A stretch of DNA of 63,248 bases, filler included, from Neolecta irregularis DAH-3 (lineage: Eukaryota), in the NCBI GenBank assembly GCA_001929475.1. It is 7 parts of 7 records of this genome, joined end to end, with 100 filler letters (N's around TTAATTAATTAA, not from the genome) between each part and the next. Parts side by side here need not be neighbours in the genome. Positions count along the whole stretch, not along the records: positions 36,377 to 43,034 come from LXFE01000557.1; positions 43,135 to 59,630 come from LXFE01000558.1; 5 more parts are not named here. One strand, written 5' to 3'. The position numbers were made by a program, and so were the translations under genes. The notes beneath the pieces are model-generated. The model made no database searches and was not told where the DNA came from. It saw nothing but the letters and a program-made list of their open reading frames with translations. Positions 42,660-55,117 of the stretch are shown here, in pieces; within the stretch, counting starts at the first letter, position 1, and each line of letters opens with the position of its first letter.

Positions 42660-42925
42660 CTGTGTTTTACTTTTCGTGAATGGGTGTTGCAGCTCTTCTT
42701 ATTACTACGGAGACAAAGCATCCTGTTCGAAGGCAGAGATTATTGAGAGTCCAGTTAGGTTTAGTGTGTTGCTTGGACGAGTAAAATTTTAATAGTACGA
42801 CAGTATTGCGAAACGATCAAGGTAGAAAATTGCCTCTTTGGGGATGAAATAGACCTACGCGTCACCCTTCGTTCAAACTTACCCTCATTGAGCAGAGATA
42901 TCTGCACTCAGGATTTGTTGCATTT

Positions 42926-43034
42926 TATTTTGGGAGATGTCAATCGTCTAAGCGGGTGTCCAGATAATATAAAAGCTATCAGCTGTTCGAATTATCTCGT
43001 TACGAGGCCAGAATAAATGCACTGCTATCGTTGC
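42926..43034 (-). repeat. Right arm of 109-bp inverted repeat at contig end
   Basis: Reverse complement of 36377-36485. Confidence 0.95.
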
Positions 43035-43134
43035 NNNNNNNNNNNNNNNNNNNNNNNNNNNNNNNNNNNNNNNNNNNNTTAATTAATTAANNNNNNNNNN
43101 NNNNNNNNNNNNNNNNNNNNNNNNNNNNNNNNNN

Positions 43135-43192
43135 AACCAAGGTAAGTGAACTTCTATATACATGAGTATACCTAACCAAGGTAAGTGAACTT
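43135..43192. repeat. 19-bp direct repeat aaccaaggtaagtgaactt x2 at contig start (possible transposon end)
   Basis: Two exact copies visible. Confidence 0.7.
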
Positions 43193-43868
43193 GGTTAGGT
43201 CGCCGTAATCCCCCTCTATTATATAGTTTCTTAAATGTCCGTTAAACTAATAACATATCCACGTCATATGTAAGAACCTATGTTCTTACAAAACACCACG
43301 TTGATGCAATGTTTGTATTTAGATTTAGCCTTCAAAGTGTAAAAGAGACGCCGACTTGTCGAGAGTGCTTTGTACCCATTGTAAAACTTGAATGGGCCAA
43401 CTGTAAATTGTACGCTTGAGGTACAAATAAGACTAGGATTTAATTGTTCAAACCTATGTAAGTTAGGTTGGGTAATGATGATATTCCCTTCTTAATATAC
43501 TATAACTTTAATGTCGTAAATATTTCTTCAAGCCACTTGCCGTAATGGTAAGAATATTACCTCGTATTCTTGCACCAACAATTAGCAACTCTGTGTTAAA
43601 TTGCCAAGAGAAGATGGGCAGACCGAATTTATCCAAGCACCTCTAAACTTGCCAGTAGGCATCTTCGCAGGAGTTTATTTCTTAGAATGCTGCCAAGGGT
43701 GCAATTCACCAATGACCATTGAGCGAAATTCTATAAGATGACTCGGAAATATTTGGGGGAGGGTTAGTTGTATTTGAATAAGGGAGATTGTGTGTAAGAT
43801 CTTCCAGATAGGAAATAAGACAATCCTTGCGATCTTGGTGTCGACCGATGTGCAAGTGATCAAATACA

Positions 43869-43911
43869 ATATCTCGATGTTTATGTTTATCAAACATAAA
43901 CATCGAGATAT
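43869..43911. repeat. Perfect hairpin, 20-bp arms, 3-nt loop
   Basis: atatctcgatgtttatgttt-atc-aaacataaacatcgagatat. Confidence 0.95.
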
Positions 43912-44673
43912 ACAGATTATGGCAACGGCTCAACTCCACAAACTCATTCAAAGTTTGAAATCATATCGTTCTAGAGCAGTTTCTTCTGTTTTCTTTCATC
44001 TTCGTGACAAACTTGTATATTGCTCAATAGCGAGAAATACTGTTCTGAACCTTAAACTATTGACTGGGTGCGATATATGGAACGATTTTTGTTGAGTTTG
44101 GGATAACATGAATCACTTGCTATATCCTTAGAACTAAACGTCAAACAGTTGCAACAGTTCAGTTGAACTGTGGAAAGGCAGCAGCTAGCATTAATCAATT
44201 ATTGCATGACTAGGATCCTGACAATTTCGAGATTGGATATGCTATCAACTAGAGTACTCACTGATATAAAGGATTATAGTAGTGATATACATGCCGCTCC
44301 CATTGGTTCTTTCTAAATATAATTCTGCACACGTATTTTGTTCTCGCTAACTGTTACTAGGATGCCCCGCAATAACGCGGGCCTCATGTGTAAACTTATC
44401 TGTATACACTTCGGTATCTGTTTCGAATTCGTGAGGTCGTGCGAAATAAAATTCAGGTCTGACGTAAGAGACAAGAAAATCAGGTTAAAGTAAAAGGGGG
44501 TCAACAGAAACCCCTTCATGCCAGTGAGTCGCAAATACGTGTAATTCGGAGATATATAGAGCCAAACTAACACCTAAACTTGTAACTTTGTAGGCTTTAA
44601 AGTCATATTCGTCAATAGGCTTTTCAATCTCGATGATTCAATGAATAAAGGAACACATCTAGAAAAAATATCC

Positions 44674-45339
44674 TCAACCGATCAATCTTTTTAGTCCTTC
44701 CTCGTCCGTCTCCATATCTTCCGTCTCATCTTGTTTCGAAATATGGCGAAGAATTGATTTCTTACTGGTCTCCTGGATTTCACCAGCCATTAACAACTCG
44801 TCCAGCAAAAAGTAAGCCTTTTGAAAATTGAAGATCAGATCTAATTCGCAGACCTTTAATATCAACAGCTAGACGGGAAAGGAAGGGTGTTTACATTTCC
44901 GAAATACCGATCCAGTATTTCAACATACCGATGGACTATCTCAAGAGTAATCAATTCATTATCATTATTTTCAATTCCAGTAATGAAGAAGAGGCTCGCA
45001 TATCTGTAGAGGTCAGCGACAGGGACATGTTCTTTGAAACCTCCTATAAACAACCTTAGAATCTACCATCGATAAGTAACAAGCAGATGGCGATTGAAGG
45101 ACACACCCTTATACTCCAAGAAATTGCACATTTTGGTTCTTCGCGCAAGGATGAGTTGGGTTACGTCCTTCACAATTTTCGAGCGTTCCTTGGGAGAGAG
45201 TGTGGTGAACCATTTCGCTAAACGAACCTCCAGTTAGCGAAGATGAGCCAAATGTATACCTTCCCTTGCCGCGACACTAGCAGAATATACTGGATCTGTA
45301 ATGGTCAGAACTTTGTGGTCATGGAAAATGTACTGCCAT
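44674..45339 (-). CDS. APS1: AP-1 adaptor complex sigma subunit
   Basis: [58 protein letters not shown]. Confidence 0.95.
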
Positions 45340-45990
45340 TCCAAGATGGATTGACGTTGAATACAAATTGTGGTTATAAATGACCTGAACAACTAATCAT
45401 CTGTACTATGCATTACAGAGTACAATACATACCTGCAAATTATAGACAAATGATATCATTCCAATGTCTCTTGGGACGCCTAAGAAACAAGTTCTTGGAC
45501 CATTGCGAATTACTATTCTTCAGTCTGTTCTATCTGTGTTTTTCGCACAGCTACTTTTGCTTGAGTCTGATTCATGCGAATAAACTACGACAACCGTAAT
45601 CCTGAAACTCATCCTGCAACTTTACTATGGTATTATTGAGGGTTATCATCGAACACTTGACAAAAGACCAACAGTCCTGCTAATTTTGGACGATAATTTT
45701 TTGCTACATCTACATCGGGCACATGATTCTTTCAGAATTAATGCTGAGAATTGTTTTGACTTTTGTCTGGGTAGCAGAGTATGTTCTCTCCAAAAATACA
45801 TGGTTGTTTTCTTGCATACGTTATTTCATAAACGGAAGTTTTTCATAAAGAGAGTGCTTTCCTTCAATTTTCCAACACGAACAGGGTCAACCAACTGGTG
45901 TTTTCAATTATACGACGCGATCTTTCCGAAGACTACTTGAGGAAATTCGTCATCACGGGAATCTTGTCTCGCCTTCGAAATCCCTTTTCA

Positions 45991-47407
45991 ATGCAAACCC
46001 GATGTACCTTTAGTACACTTCCAAAAACTATATCTCAAGTGATTTCCTCGTCGGGTTCGTCAGTTGTAAAAACAAATGGCTGGATCCGCTCTATTCGCCG
46101 GAAAAAGACCGTTGCCTTTGCGGATTTGGTTGACGGCACTACGTCAGAACCCCTTCAGATACTCTTATCTCAAAATGAAGCAAACCAGTATTATTATATT
46201 AGCATAATGCTGTCAGGATTAATCGACAAATAGATTATCGAATGGATGCAGTGTGGAACTTACAGGAGAACTGAAGAAATCCGAAGGAAAACTCTCAAGA
46301 CTTGAATTTCATCCTATAAATCTAAAGATACTAGGTTCCTCCAACGCTGAAGTGATATTTTCTTTCCCCTGCCTTTCTAATTAAAAGACATATCCAATGC
46401 AAAAGAAGTACCATACGGCTGGTTATTTACGCCAGCAAGCTCATTTACGCTCTCGAACTTCCTTATTTTCCATCATCCTTCGATTACGATCAAAGATAAC
46501 CACTCAGCTGCATTCTTTCTTCTCGTCAAATAATTTCATCCATACTCACCCCCCTGTGATCACGTCATCAGACTGTGAAGGTGCAGGCGAAACATTCGGT
46601 ATAAGGCCAGAAAACTTTTTCAGCACATCGGCGAATCTCTCGGTATCGTGTCAGCTACATCTCGAAGCACTTTCAATGGGAGTCAATAGAGTATGGAGTC
46701 TAAACCCGACATTTCGAGCCGAAGGGAGTGTTACCTCCCGACACTTGGCTGAATTTTGGATGTTAGAGGCAGAAATGTCTTTTATTGAAAATTTAGAGAC
46801 AGTCATGAGTTTAGTTGAAGGCTTAATCAAAAATGTTACAGGGAAGTTGATTGAAGATGAAGCTTGGAAAGAATTTGAAAGTGTTAAAGGAAGAGAGAAT
46901 GGAACTATTGTTGATACCCGCGATCATTGGATGAGACTAATGGGTGAATGGAAGCGAATATCGTATGCTGATGCCATCGAAATCCTGCGTTCTTCAAGTG
47001 AATCATTCCAATTTGAGCCAGCTTGGGGATTATCACTTCACTCAGAACATGAAAAATATTTAGCAACGAACGGTCCAATATTTATCACTGACTATCCTCG
47101 AAGCTTAAAACCATTTTACATGCTAGCTTCATCATCTACAACAGTTGCGGGTTTTGATCTCCTCTTTCCTACAATAGGGGAGCTAGCCGGAGGATCACTT
47201 CGTGAACATTCATACGAACGTCTAGAACAAAGGATGAAAGAAGACGGAATAGATATTCCGTGGTATCTTGAACTTCGAAAATGGGGCACTGTACCCCGTG
47301 GGGGGTTTGGAGTTGGTTTCGAACGTTTGCTGATGTTTCTCGTGGCTCAAGAAAATGTTCGAGATGTTATTAGTTTTCCTAGATGGAGGGGAAACTGCCG
47401 ATTTTGA
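45991..47407 (+). CDS. SLM5: Asparagine--tRNA ligase, mitochondrial
   Basis: NGWIRSIR, TSSDCEGAGETF, PTFRAE..SRHLAEFWMLEAE, WYLELRKWG..GFGVGFER; start codon uncertain. Confidence 0.93.
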
Positions 47408-48449
47408 AAATCAACAATTCATTAATGATGATCAACAAATTTATAATGAGAACCCTACATTGTGACCTTCAGACTAGAAGCGATAAAAAATATTCCCAGT
47501 ATGGGTGTTCCAAATGCTTATTAAAGACGATATGCCAATCCTTGCGAGAAAAACAGGATAGAATTCTGCACCAAATGATCCGAATGATTCGTTTACTCAC
47601 TCTATCTTTTAAGATATTCCTTGGTATTGATTATTGTTTTTATCATCTTTGGGTGTTCATAATCAAGATATATCTTTCTCGGGAGCAAAATGTTGACGAG
47701 ATTATTATTTTGAGGGTCTAACATTTAATTTCTGCTTAATGATGTAATTTTATATCCTTTTTTGGCATATTTTGCATTGTATCTCGACATCGAAGATCGC
47801 GAAGGACAATGTGTTTCGAATTGCAGTTTAAGTCTGAACCTCCACCAGAGGTCGTCCTCAACTTCGCCTCCCAGCAGCCGATCTTCGAATATGGTATATC
47901 CATATTCCTCTGGTTACATATCTGATCCTTCGAAAAGGCAGATAAACTGCATCAACAGTCCCAGCTAGAGCAGTTAAAATCTCGCCATGTCGGCATCGGA
48001 GATGCTGATATTTCTCGCTAGTACCATTTTATATTCTCGAATCTCCTCTTATGACTAGCGAATGGCAGGCGAATATACATCGCGATACTCTAAGCAGTAT
48101 TATTGGGCATCCCTCGTCATTGGAACTCCTTGCGCTGGCTGAGGGGGAATGTATGCAGAGAACGAAGTTAAGAATGACAGAAGTATCTTTCAAATGACGG
48201 GTACAATGCTAAATGTAGAAAATGCTCATGCCTATCGGGCCACCACCTTCAAAAGAAAAAGATTTATGAATGATAGGGCTACGAAATATGTTATAATAGA
48301 GGACACAAGTCTCTACTTGTCACCCATTGCTGCGTACCAAAACAGCTCAAGCATATAGTTGTTGAGTGTTTTGTACACATATACCTGCTATTCTTGTTTC
48401 TTGGATGTTTACGTCAACTGTTTGGGTATGGTTGCAAGCTCAACATACT

Positions 48450-48686
48450 CAGTGTGGCCAACCACCCGACGGGTGGCACCCGGTGGGCCACCGGGTTGGT
48501 TACTAATCCACCCACCCACAGTGTGTCCAACCACCCGTCCGACGGCTTCGACCGTCAGAAAGTTGTTCGGCGGCGGATCGCCCGCCGTCGGACAGATTAC
48601 TAAGCGACACACCCGCCGAGGAGATATTAACCGCCCGCCTGGAGTGTGCTCTAGCAGCTGTTGAGCTGTTGGGTGGGTTGCATACA
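48450..48686. mobile_element. GC-rich non-autonomous DNA transposon termini (hAT-like), apparently nested
   Basis: cagtgtggccaaccaccc at 48450 and cagtgtgtccaaccaccc at 48519; degenerate inverted end gggtgggttgcataca; related to 59436. Confidence 0.55.
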
Positions 48687-49881
48687 AGGAACAGAGGGAT
48701 AAAGTGCCTAGCATGGTATATTGTTTCAAATGTCCAAAAACAGTAACAAATGTCAACCGAATGTGAAAAACTAACAGGAAAGTGGCACACCTGCAAGTTA
48801 AAACTGATTAATTTGTTAAAGTATCAAGCATACCATCCATAGTGATAGCCAATCCGAATATGGCAGGTTATTTGAAAGCAAACAACTACACGCCGACACA
48901 TATCAACAGTGAGTGCGAAGGATCATCTAATGGAGCAGGTTTGTGAGAAGTTCGAGAACTGCAGAGCATACTGAACAAAAGAAATAGTCTTTCCTACAGA
49001 AGGGGCAAAAGAAAAAGGCTTCACAGAGAGAGGAAAGAAGAAAAGATCTTCCCTGGAGAAGTGGCAACAATAAGGAAGGATTCACCCCGAGAGGAAGACA
49101 GAATAGTAACCACAGGAAATATTTTGAGAATCGTGACTCGTGTTCTAGTTTCATTCTTGGGTGGTATCTAGTTTTTGATTCAACTAAAAAGACTGGTCTA
49201 AGCATTTTCAAGAGCTTCTGCAGATCATGTTATTGTTCTTTTGACAATCCCGATAGATGATGATAGTGTCCTTTCCAATGAATCAACTCTGGTATCATAA
49301 TCTGGACTTCCTGCATTTTAAGATGGGTCTGGCCTTTTGCTTTATTCATTCATCTCTATCAGCACCAACTGGGGAAAATACATTTGACTAGAACGGAATC
49401 TTCAGCTAATATAGTGTTGCATCATCCTATGATTGACCACCCCCTTATGCTCTGGGTTAAAGATCTTCGCCAATTCTTACACAAACTACAGCTACGATCA
49501 ATGCAACTTCCTATTGACTTTTGTGGCATTGAATAGGGAAGCTCGCGCGTTTGGATGATTCAATTTCATTCTTTGCCTATGGATTAGAGCCACTTTACAC
49601 ATAGGTAGATGTATCAGATAGAAGGATCTTGGACCCGATCTCGATGATTATGATAGCTAAATAATCAAGCTCTTTGACTGCTGGTACAATAAATATACCA
49701 TGATTGGATCCAGAAATTACTAAAACCAACTTCAGCTTCTGATGATTCACCAATTGACCAGAACGAAAAACACAGTGAATCGGTTAAGCGGGTAATTAAT
49801 TTGAAGTTCTGGGACTCTGGTAGCGCTATCAGTCTTGGCTTAAGGAAGAGTTTTCGCTAGTGTCAATGATATTTGTTTTGT

Positions 49882-50495
49882 CCCACCTGTGGGATCGTCC
49901 CCACCAAATCTGTGACCGTCCTACCTGCAGAATCCACCAACGTCACCCTTTGATATTAAGTTTAGTGGTGAGGCTGGACAGGGTCATTATCAATGGGTAC
50001 TTAATATCAAAGGGTGATGTTGGTGGATTCAGCAGGTAGCAGTGAGCGTTAAGTATCTGAACTTACCGCTCGGCAGGCTTTACTGGAAATATACGATCAC
50101 GATTCTGGAAATAAAGGCAATTATGTATATTATTATTCGGGTTTTTCAAACCAGGCCCTACTTATAGAAGAACTGGCAAATGCACTTTCTTATCTCGGTT
50201 TGCCTCCCTGCATGCCTCTTGGGTTATCCTGACTTGGCTCAGTGGTACTGCTTGCCACAGTCGGCTGCTTTGGTCAGTATTAACGTCAGTAAATCTTGAA
50301 CCGTTGGGGGAGTTATGGTTGCTTGCGATTGGGGGTGCCCATGCCGTCTGATCGTGGGGATTGATTAAGTCCCCACAGGAGGACAGTCACATATTTGATG
50401 GCGAGGTTGGACGATTCCACAGACGGGTCATTATAAATGGGTACTTAATATCAAAAGTTGAGGATTGGTGGCCAGGTTGTAGATTTCACAGGTGG
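49882..50495. repeat. Foldback-like element of nested inverted and direct repeats
   Basis: 41-bp IR 49921-49961/49999-50039 (2 mismatches); gggtcattat..acttaatatcaaa repeated near 50426; 50370-50420 is an inverted relative of 49886-49925. Confidence 0.7.
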
Positions 50496-50513
50496 CAGAG
50501 AACATATTAGTAC

Positions 50514-50671
50514 TGTAAGGATATACCCTTTGGGTAAATCTTACAAATACGGCAAGGTGGCTTGACGGGAAGTATATAAATGCAGAAGTTAGACATTCCT
50601 AGCCAAGTACGAATACTTAGGCTAGCTATGTCTCTTTGTATGAAGTACGAATGCTTAGGCTAGTTATAACA
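50514..50671 (+). mobile_element. Solo LTR-like element
   Basis: TGTAAGG...AACA, internal TATA and duplicated aagtacgaatRcttaggctag; shares aatacggcaag and cttaggctag with 58931 copy. Confidence 0.6.
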
Positions 50672-51983
50672 CTTTGTCTTATCGTATTTCTAAGCGCATA
50701 GTTTACAAGTTCACTTCTGCTCGATATTTGCATGGCATCTTCAAATTTGTGTTTTATCGACGAAGCGTGAGTTTTGCTTCAATTCAAGGCCTCTTTCAAA
50801 CAGGTTTCTATGCCTTGGTCCTCAGTCCTGTTTCTTTATTCACTACCATGAGGGGCGGAGAACCCTATGTTTCGTGTCATTGGTATTTATTTAATATTTT
50901 CAGAGCTGGGTCGAACAAGGTTTTCGCTCCTATATTATATATGATAGACTTCAAGTATTCACTACTATCAGTTAAATGAGCAATCTTCTCATATGTATCT
51001 TTCGGTACACGTAGACTTATGTAATTCTGTCTGTCTTGGCTACAAACTCTATTTGCGATTCTGTTGGAAAATTATAAACAAAAAACACCTAAGCCGTACT
51101 CATGCTGGTCTTAGACAAGATTCTTGAAGAAACAAATTCTGCTATAACTTATAAGGAGCCGGAAGACATATAATGTTTTTGTTCCAGCTAGTCATGCATC
51201 CAGTGAAGAAAAGATTGTAATATTAATAATAATAAAGCCAATGTAACATACATTAATAGTATATTTGCATGATTCAGCAGACGTTCAAAAGATGCCTATT
51301 ACCTGCCGTCCACCAAACTGAAGAATTTTGGTAAGGCGTTCGACAGACTTAAGAAATCAAACCGGGAGGCCTTAATTGGGCGAGCCAACTACAATGAAAA
51401 TTAGCATATTTTTGACCCATCATAGGTAGGTAACTCGCTATATCCTGTAAATCAAAATAGAAGGTTCTGCTTGCTGATGCGCTCTTAGTTTTCAACGTTC
51501 CCACCGTTTTGGCGTTAGGGAAACTGGACACCATTCAGTATCTCAGATCGCCAGTTAACTGGAATATTACAAACATGTACGATATTTACTGGTTACAATC
51601 GTCGATTTGAATGTTGTATTCAGCTACTTTCTTTGTAAACGATCTTCAAAATTCAGCAAGTAGAATTGATCGGCTCCACGCTTGTAGATACTTTCTAGAC
51701 TGGCTGATGCTTTCGAGTGTAGAAGCTCTAGTCCTTTTCTTCTTTGAAGTCGGAAACGTGTGAAGGCATTATTCGAATAGTTCGAGAAGAATGTGATACC
51801 GCTTCCAGGTATAGAGCTATCTCTTTGAGCTACCATTCCTGCATTACAAGTCATCCGGAATGAAAATCGAATTTCTGTCTTCGAACACGGCCGAATGAAA
51901 ACACAAGCTTTTATCTTGTTACTTGACATTTCCTGGGCCGGGTTTAAATCTATTGCAGCCTCCCGGCTACTGTCTCGATTCGA

Positions 51984-52228
51984 ATGTGCAGTTTCGCCCA
52001 GTACTTCTATTCCTGTGGCCATACCACAGATATCTCTCGCTATTCATGTTTTACTGGAGCACATTGTCATGAACCAAAAGAGGTCGGTGCAACCCTTGTC
52101 CCAGCACCTTGCCAAAGATGCCATCAAGAAAGTTCAATGTCTAACAAAAGCGAAGCTATACGTTTGCTTCTTATCTCCTACTAGGCTAACATACAGCAAG
52201 TCTCCTTGCAAGGTCCAGCCTCAGCTAA
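51984..52228 (+). CDS. Small Cys/His-rich hypothetical protein (~69 aa, one intron)
   Basis: MC..YSCGH..C..C..CQRC pattern; intron gtttgc..gctaacatacag with canonical branch point. Confidence 0.55.
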
Positions 52229-53946
52229 CTTTCGCTTGAGTTCGGTCGAGACTTCAAGAGTTTACGGAATATGAATATCAGGACACTTCAAATCGGAGAT
52301 ATAGATGGTTATATTGATTTGAACAGATGCTGACCTCCTTCGGTCCTTTGCAATGTATGTCGATGCGTTGCTACGGCTGACGTTTAGTTTTTCATGTATC
52401 TCTATTCACAAGTCCATATTTTACGCTGCATATTTGTATTCCTGTATATAAGGTATCATCTTATCGACATTTCAATAACCTCTCTTGCGTGTTTGCTACC
52501 TAGTCCTTATAAATGGAACATTGGGGATGCTGTTTTGGAGCTCGTCTTCCTTGATGCTTTTGTGCTTAAAAGAGGAGAGACTGTCAATGATAAGGTAGAC
52601 GAGTTCGTGTTTTTGGGGGTTCAATCGTGGGTGTAGATGCCTGCATCAGGCACTAAACAGCCAGGCTTCTGTCATGATGACCAAGTGCCGCTTCATTCAT
52701 TCCCACAGCAGGTTCAGAAGGTGTAGAAAATGTCTTCCTGGTATGTTGTGCCGAAGAAAGTTCGAACAACTTCAGATTACATAGCTCGAGACGACGAATT
52801 TATTGGAAAGAGTATTCTAAATGCATTCTATTTTCATTCCCATTCAATCTAATACTTACCATAATCGCTTCCTCCATTCAGGCAGAATGTATTACGAGAC
52901 AATCGATCAAATATAATGGCATGGTAGGCTGGGTGTATGTACGTTAAAACCTGTAAGGGTAATTTAGAGCGGGGAACTATGTGGCGTCAAACCCCCAACA
53001 TCCTCCTCAAATTCTTACAAAAAGATTATATCGAGTAGACTACTCGAACTTTCAAAGCTTTTCATTTTTTAACAATCCCAAAGTTTCACAACGCATGCTT
53101 ATTGAATTGACATTCTGCCCACTTGGATGGATCATTCTTTTGTATTTGTGCGTTGTTATTGTTTATCTCGCACAATACAAAGTTGTAGCACTCCACTCAT
53201 CAGACGACACTGCCAACATTGACAAGGAGTAAACATCTTTTATTACTAAATTCAGAACAGATTTAACAAATTTCTCCAGATTTTCAGTAAAATTGCCGAA
53301 CGCTACTCTCATGACCAGATACATCGAGCAACTGTATATTATTAAGGTGGATGCGGATACACGACAAATGGGGATGGCTCAACAGTATTATTGGACGATA
53401 TGGGAAGATTATTGGATTATCCTCGGTACGGATTGCCTCAAATGAGTCAAAATAGGGCTGCTCACGATTCAAACACTCGACTGTGCCTTTTATTTTGAAT
53501 ATCATTTAGCATGAACTTCATTATCACGGACATTACATTTTTAAGTCATTTGACGAATTTTCATTCGCTCGATTCGATCCATGATGAGACTTATCGATAT
53601 AGTGGTTGTGAGGTTCTTAGCGCGTTGCTGAGGTAGAGTGGAAGTCATCTATACGATGACAGTTTTCAGTACTAAATCAATGCTTTAAAAGATTGGCAAG
53701 AAGACTTCAATGCTGCTTGCTGTTCTTACTGTCAGAATCGTCACGAAACCCAGGAAACTGGAGCTGTTGATAAATTCATGACGAGGTGTCCGATTAGGCT
53801 CTTCTTGTTCATTGAAGCAATCTCTCGTTTACAAAAGAGGCATGAATTGACAACAGCAAACTGAATTTATTCACATTTAAGTTTACTGTCGGTCAAAATC
53901 TGTAATGAAACATCCGTGTACCGCATCAAACTCTATTGTCTATACT

Positions 53947-54249
53947 TTATATACCCTTCACAATAATCTCCAGTCGTTCAATAGATGCGCTAGCATCCCT
54001 AATTTTCTCTTCTATACACGACCTTCTTCCTTCTTCATCAGATTTCCATTGTTTGTCAGATATCGCAGACAGATATCCAGTGCAGTCCTTCATCACTCTC
54101 GTCCGTTTCTCGATTTCGTCCTTTGCAGCATTACTTTGGTGTTCGAGTTTAGATAGATGTGCTAGGAGTTTACGATGCCGAAGATATAGGCGTTTTAGAG
54201 TCTTAATGTGTTCTTTTCTGGTAGGTGAAGAAATTATTTTTGCAGGCAT
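53947..54249 (-). CDS. Hypothetical coiled-coil protein, 100 aa
   Basis: ATG-initiated ORF with heptad-like charged composition. Confidence 0.4.
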   Translation of the reverse strand: MPAKIISSPTRKEHIKTLKRLYLRHRKLLAHLSKLEHQSNAAKDEIEKRTRVMKDCTGYLSAISDKQWKSDEEGRRSCIEEKIRDASASIERLEIIVKGI

Positions 54250-55117
54250 TCGATTTTGTCGACAAAACTGGAAGACAATGATCGATATTTATATAATGCC
54301 GAACGAAGAGTTCGTAACCCTGAATGCGCTGAACTCTAGAAGATCTAGCTCCCATAGCTGTTTGTCAAAAAAAGTCTACAGTGTAGCTCTCGGGAAATTC
54401 GGGTTGGAGAATTGCCGATAGTATAGTCTAGATATCGACCCTACGTTAACGGCTTAAAATCTAGCTAACATTAATTTCTTTTTCGACTTATTCACCCTTA
54501 TCAAGACATTCAGGCGAGAAATAGGATTGCAGAAATACTGCTGGAACTGGATTGAAAAATAGAAGTAGTATATATACTACGAAAGCTGTTGAAACATTAA
54601 TCGGTTTGTCAGTCAAAGTATCCCCTTATCCCTTTCCTACTGGCACGGGATTGCCTAGCATATAGGCACTGCAGTATAGCCTTTAATGTTACTTTTGAGA
54701 ACGAAAACAAGTCTTATTTTACCCCTTTATCTGAGGCTTGCCATGTTTTTATTGAGCTGTGTGCTCATTTCAGATTTGTCTTGTAAGAGCAATCAATTTG
54801 CTATAGTCTAGCTGCTGAACTCTTAGCGGTTAAAAGCTCTATCCATGCAGTTTTATAATTTGGTTCTAGAGGAGAGATGTCATCTCTACTCCGGCGAGAA
54901 CCCGTCAAAGGGCGTATGTGTTCAGTACATGTATCACCTTTAGCATGCCCTACCATATTCTGGTGATATAATCATCACAGATTTAATGTTATACATGAAC
55001 CGTATACCAGATTTCCATTAAGGACAAAAGTAAGAAAAAATGACAATGATATCCTATGTCCATTCGTCCAAAGAAATCCCAACCGTAAATGCAATAGTAT
55101 CCATCATCCACTCAGAA

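Noticed and set aside
47750-48190. Minus-strand protein-like frame broken only by TAA/TAG stops (RIP-ed gene?)
   Set aside because: About six stops in ~140 codons is near random expectation; no recognisable homology
48900-49700. Possible further retroelement remnant
   Set aside because: Only faint gag/pol-like patches; too decayed to support by eye
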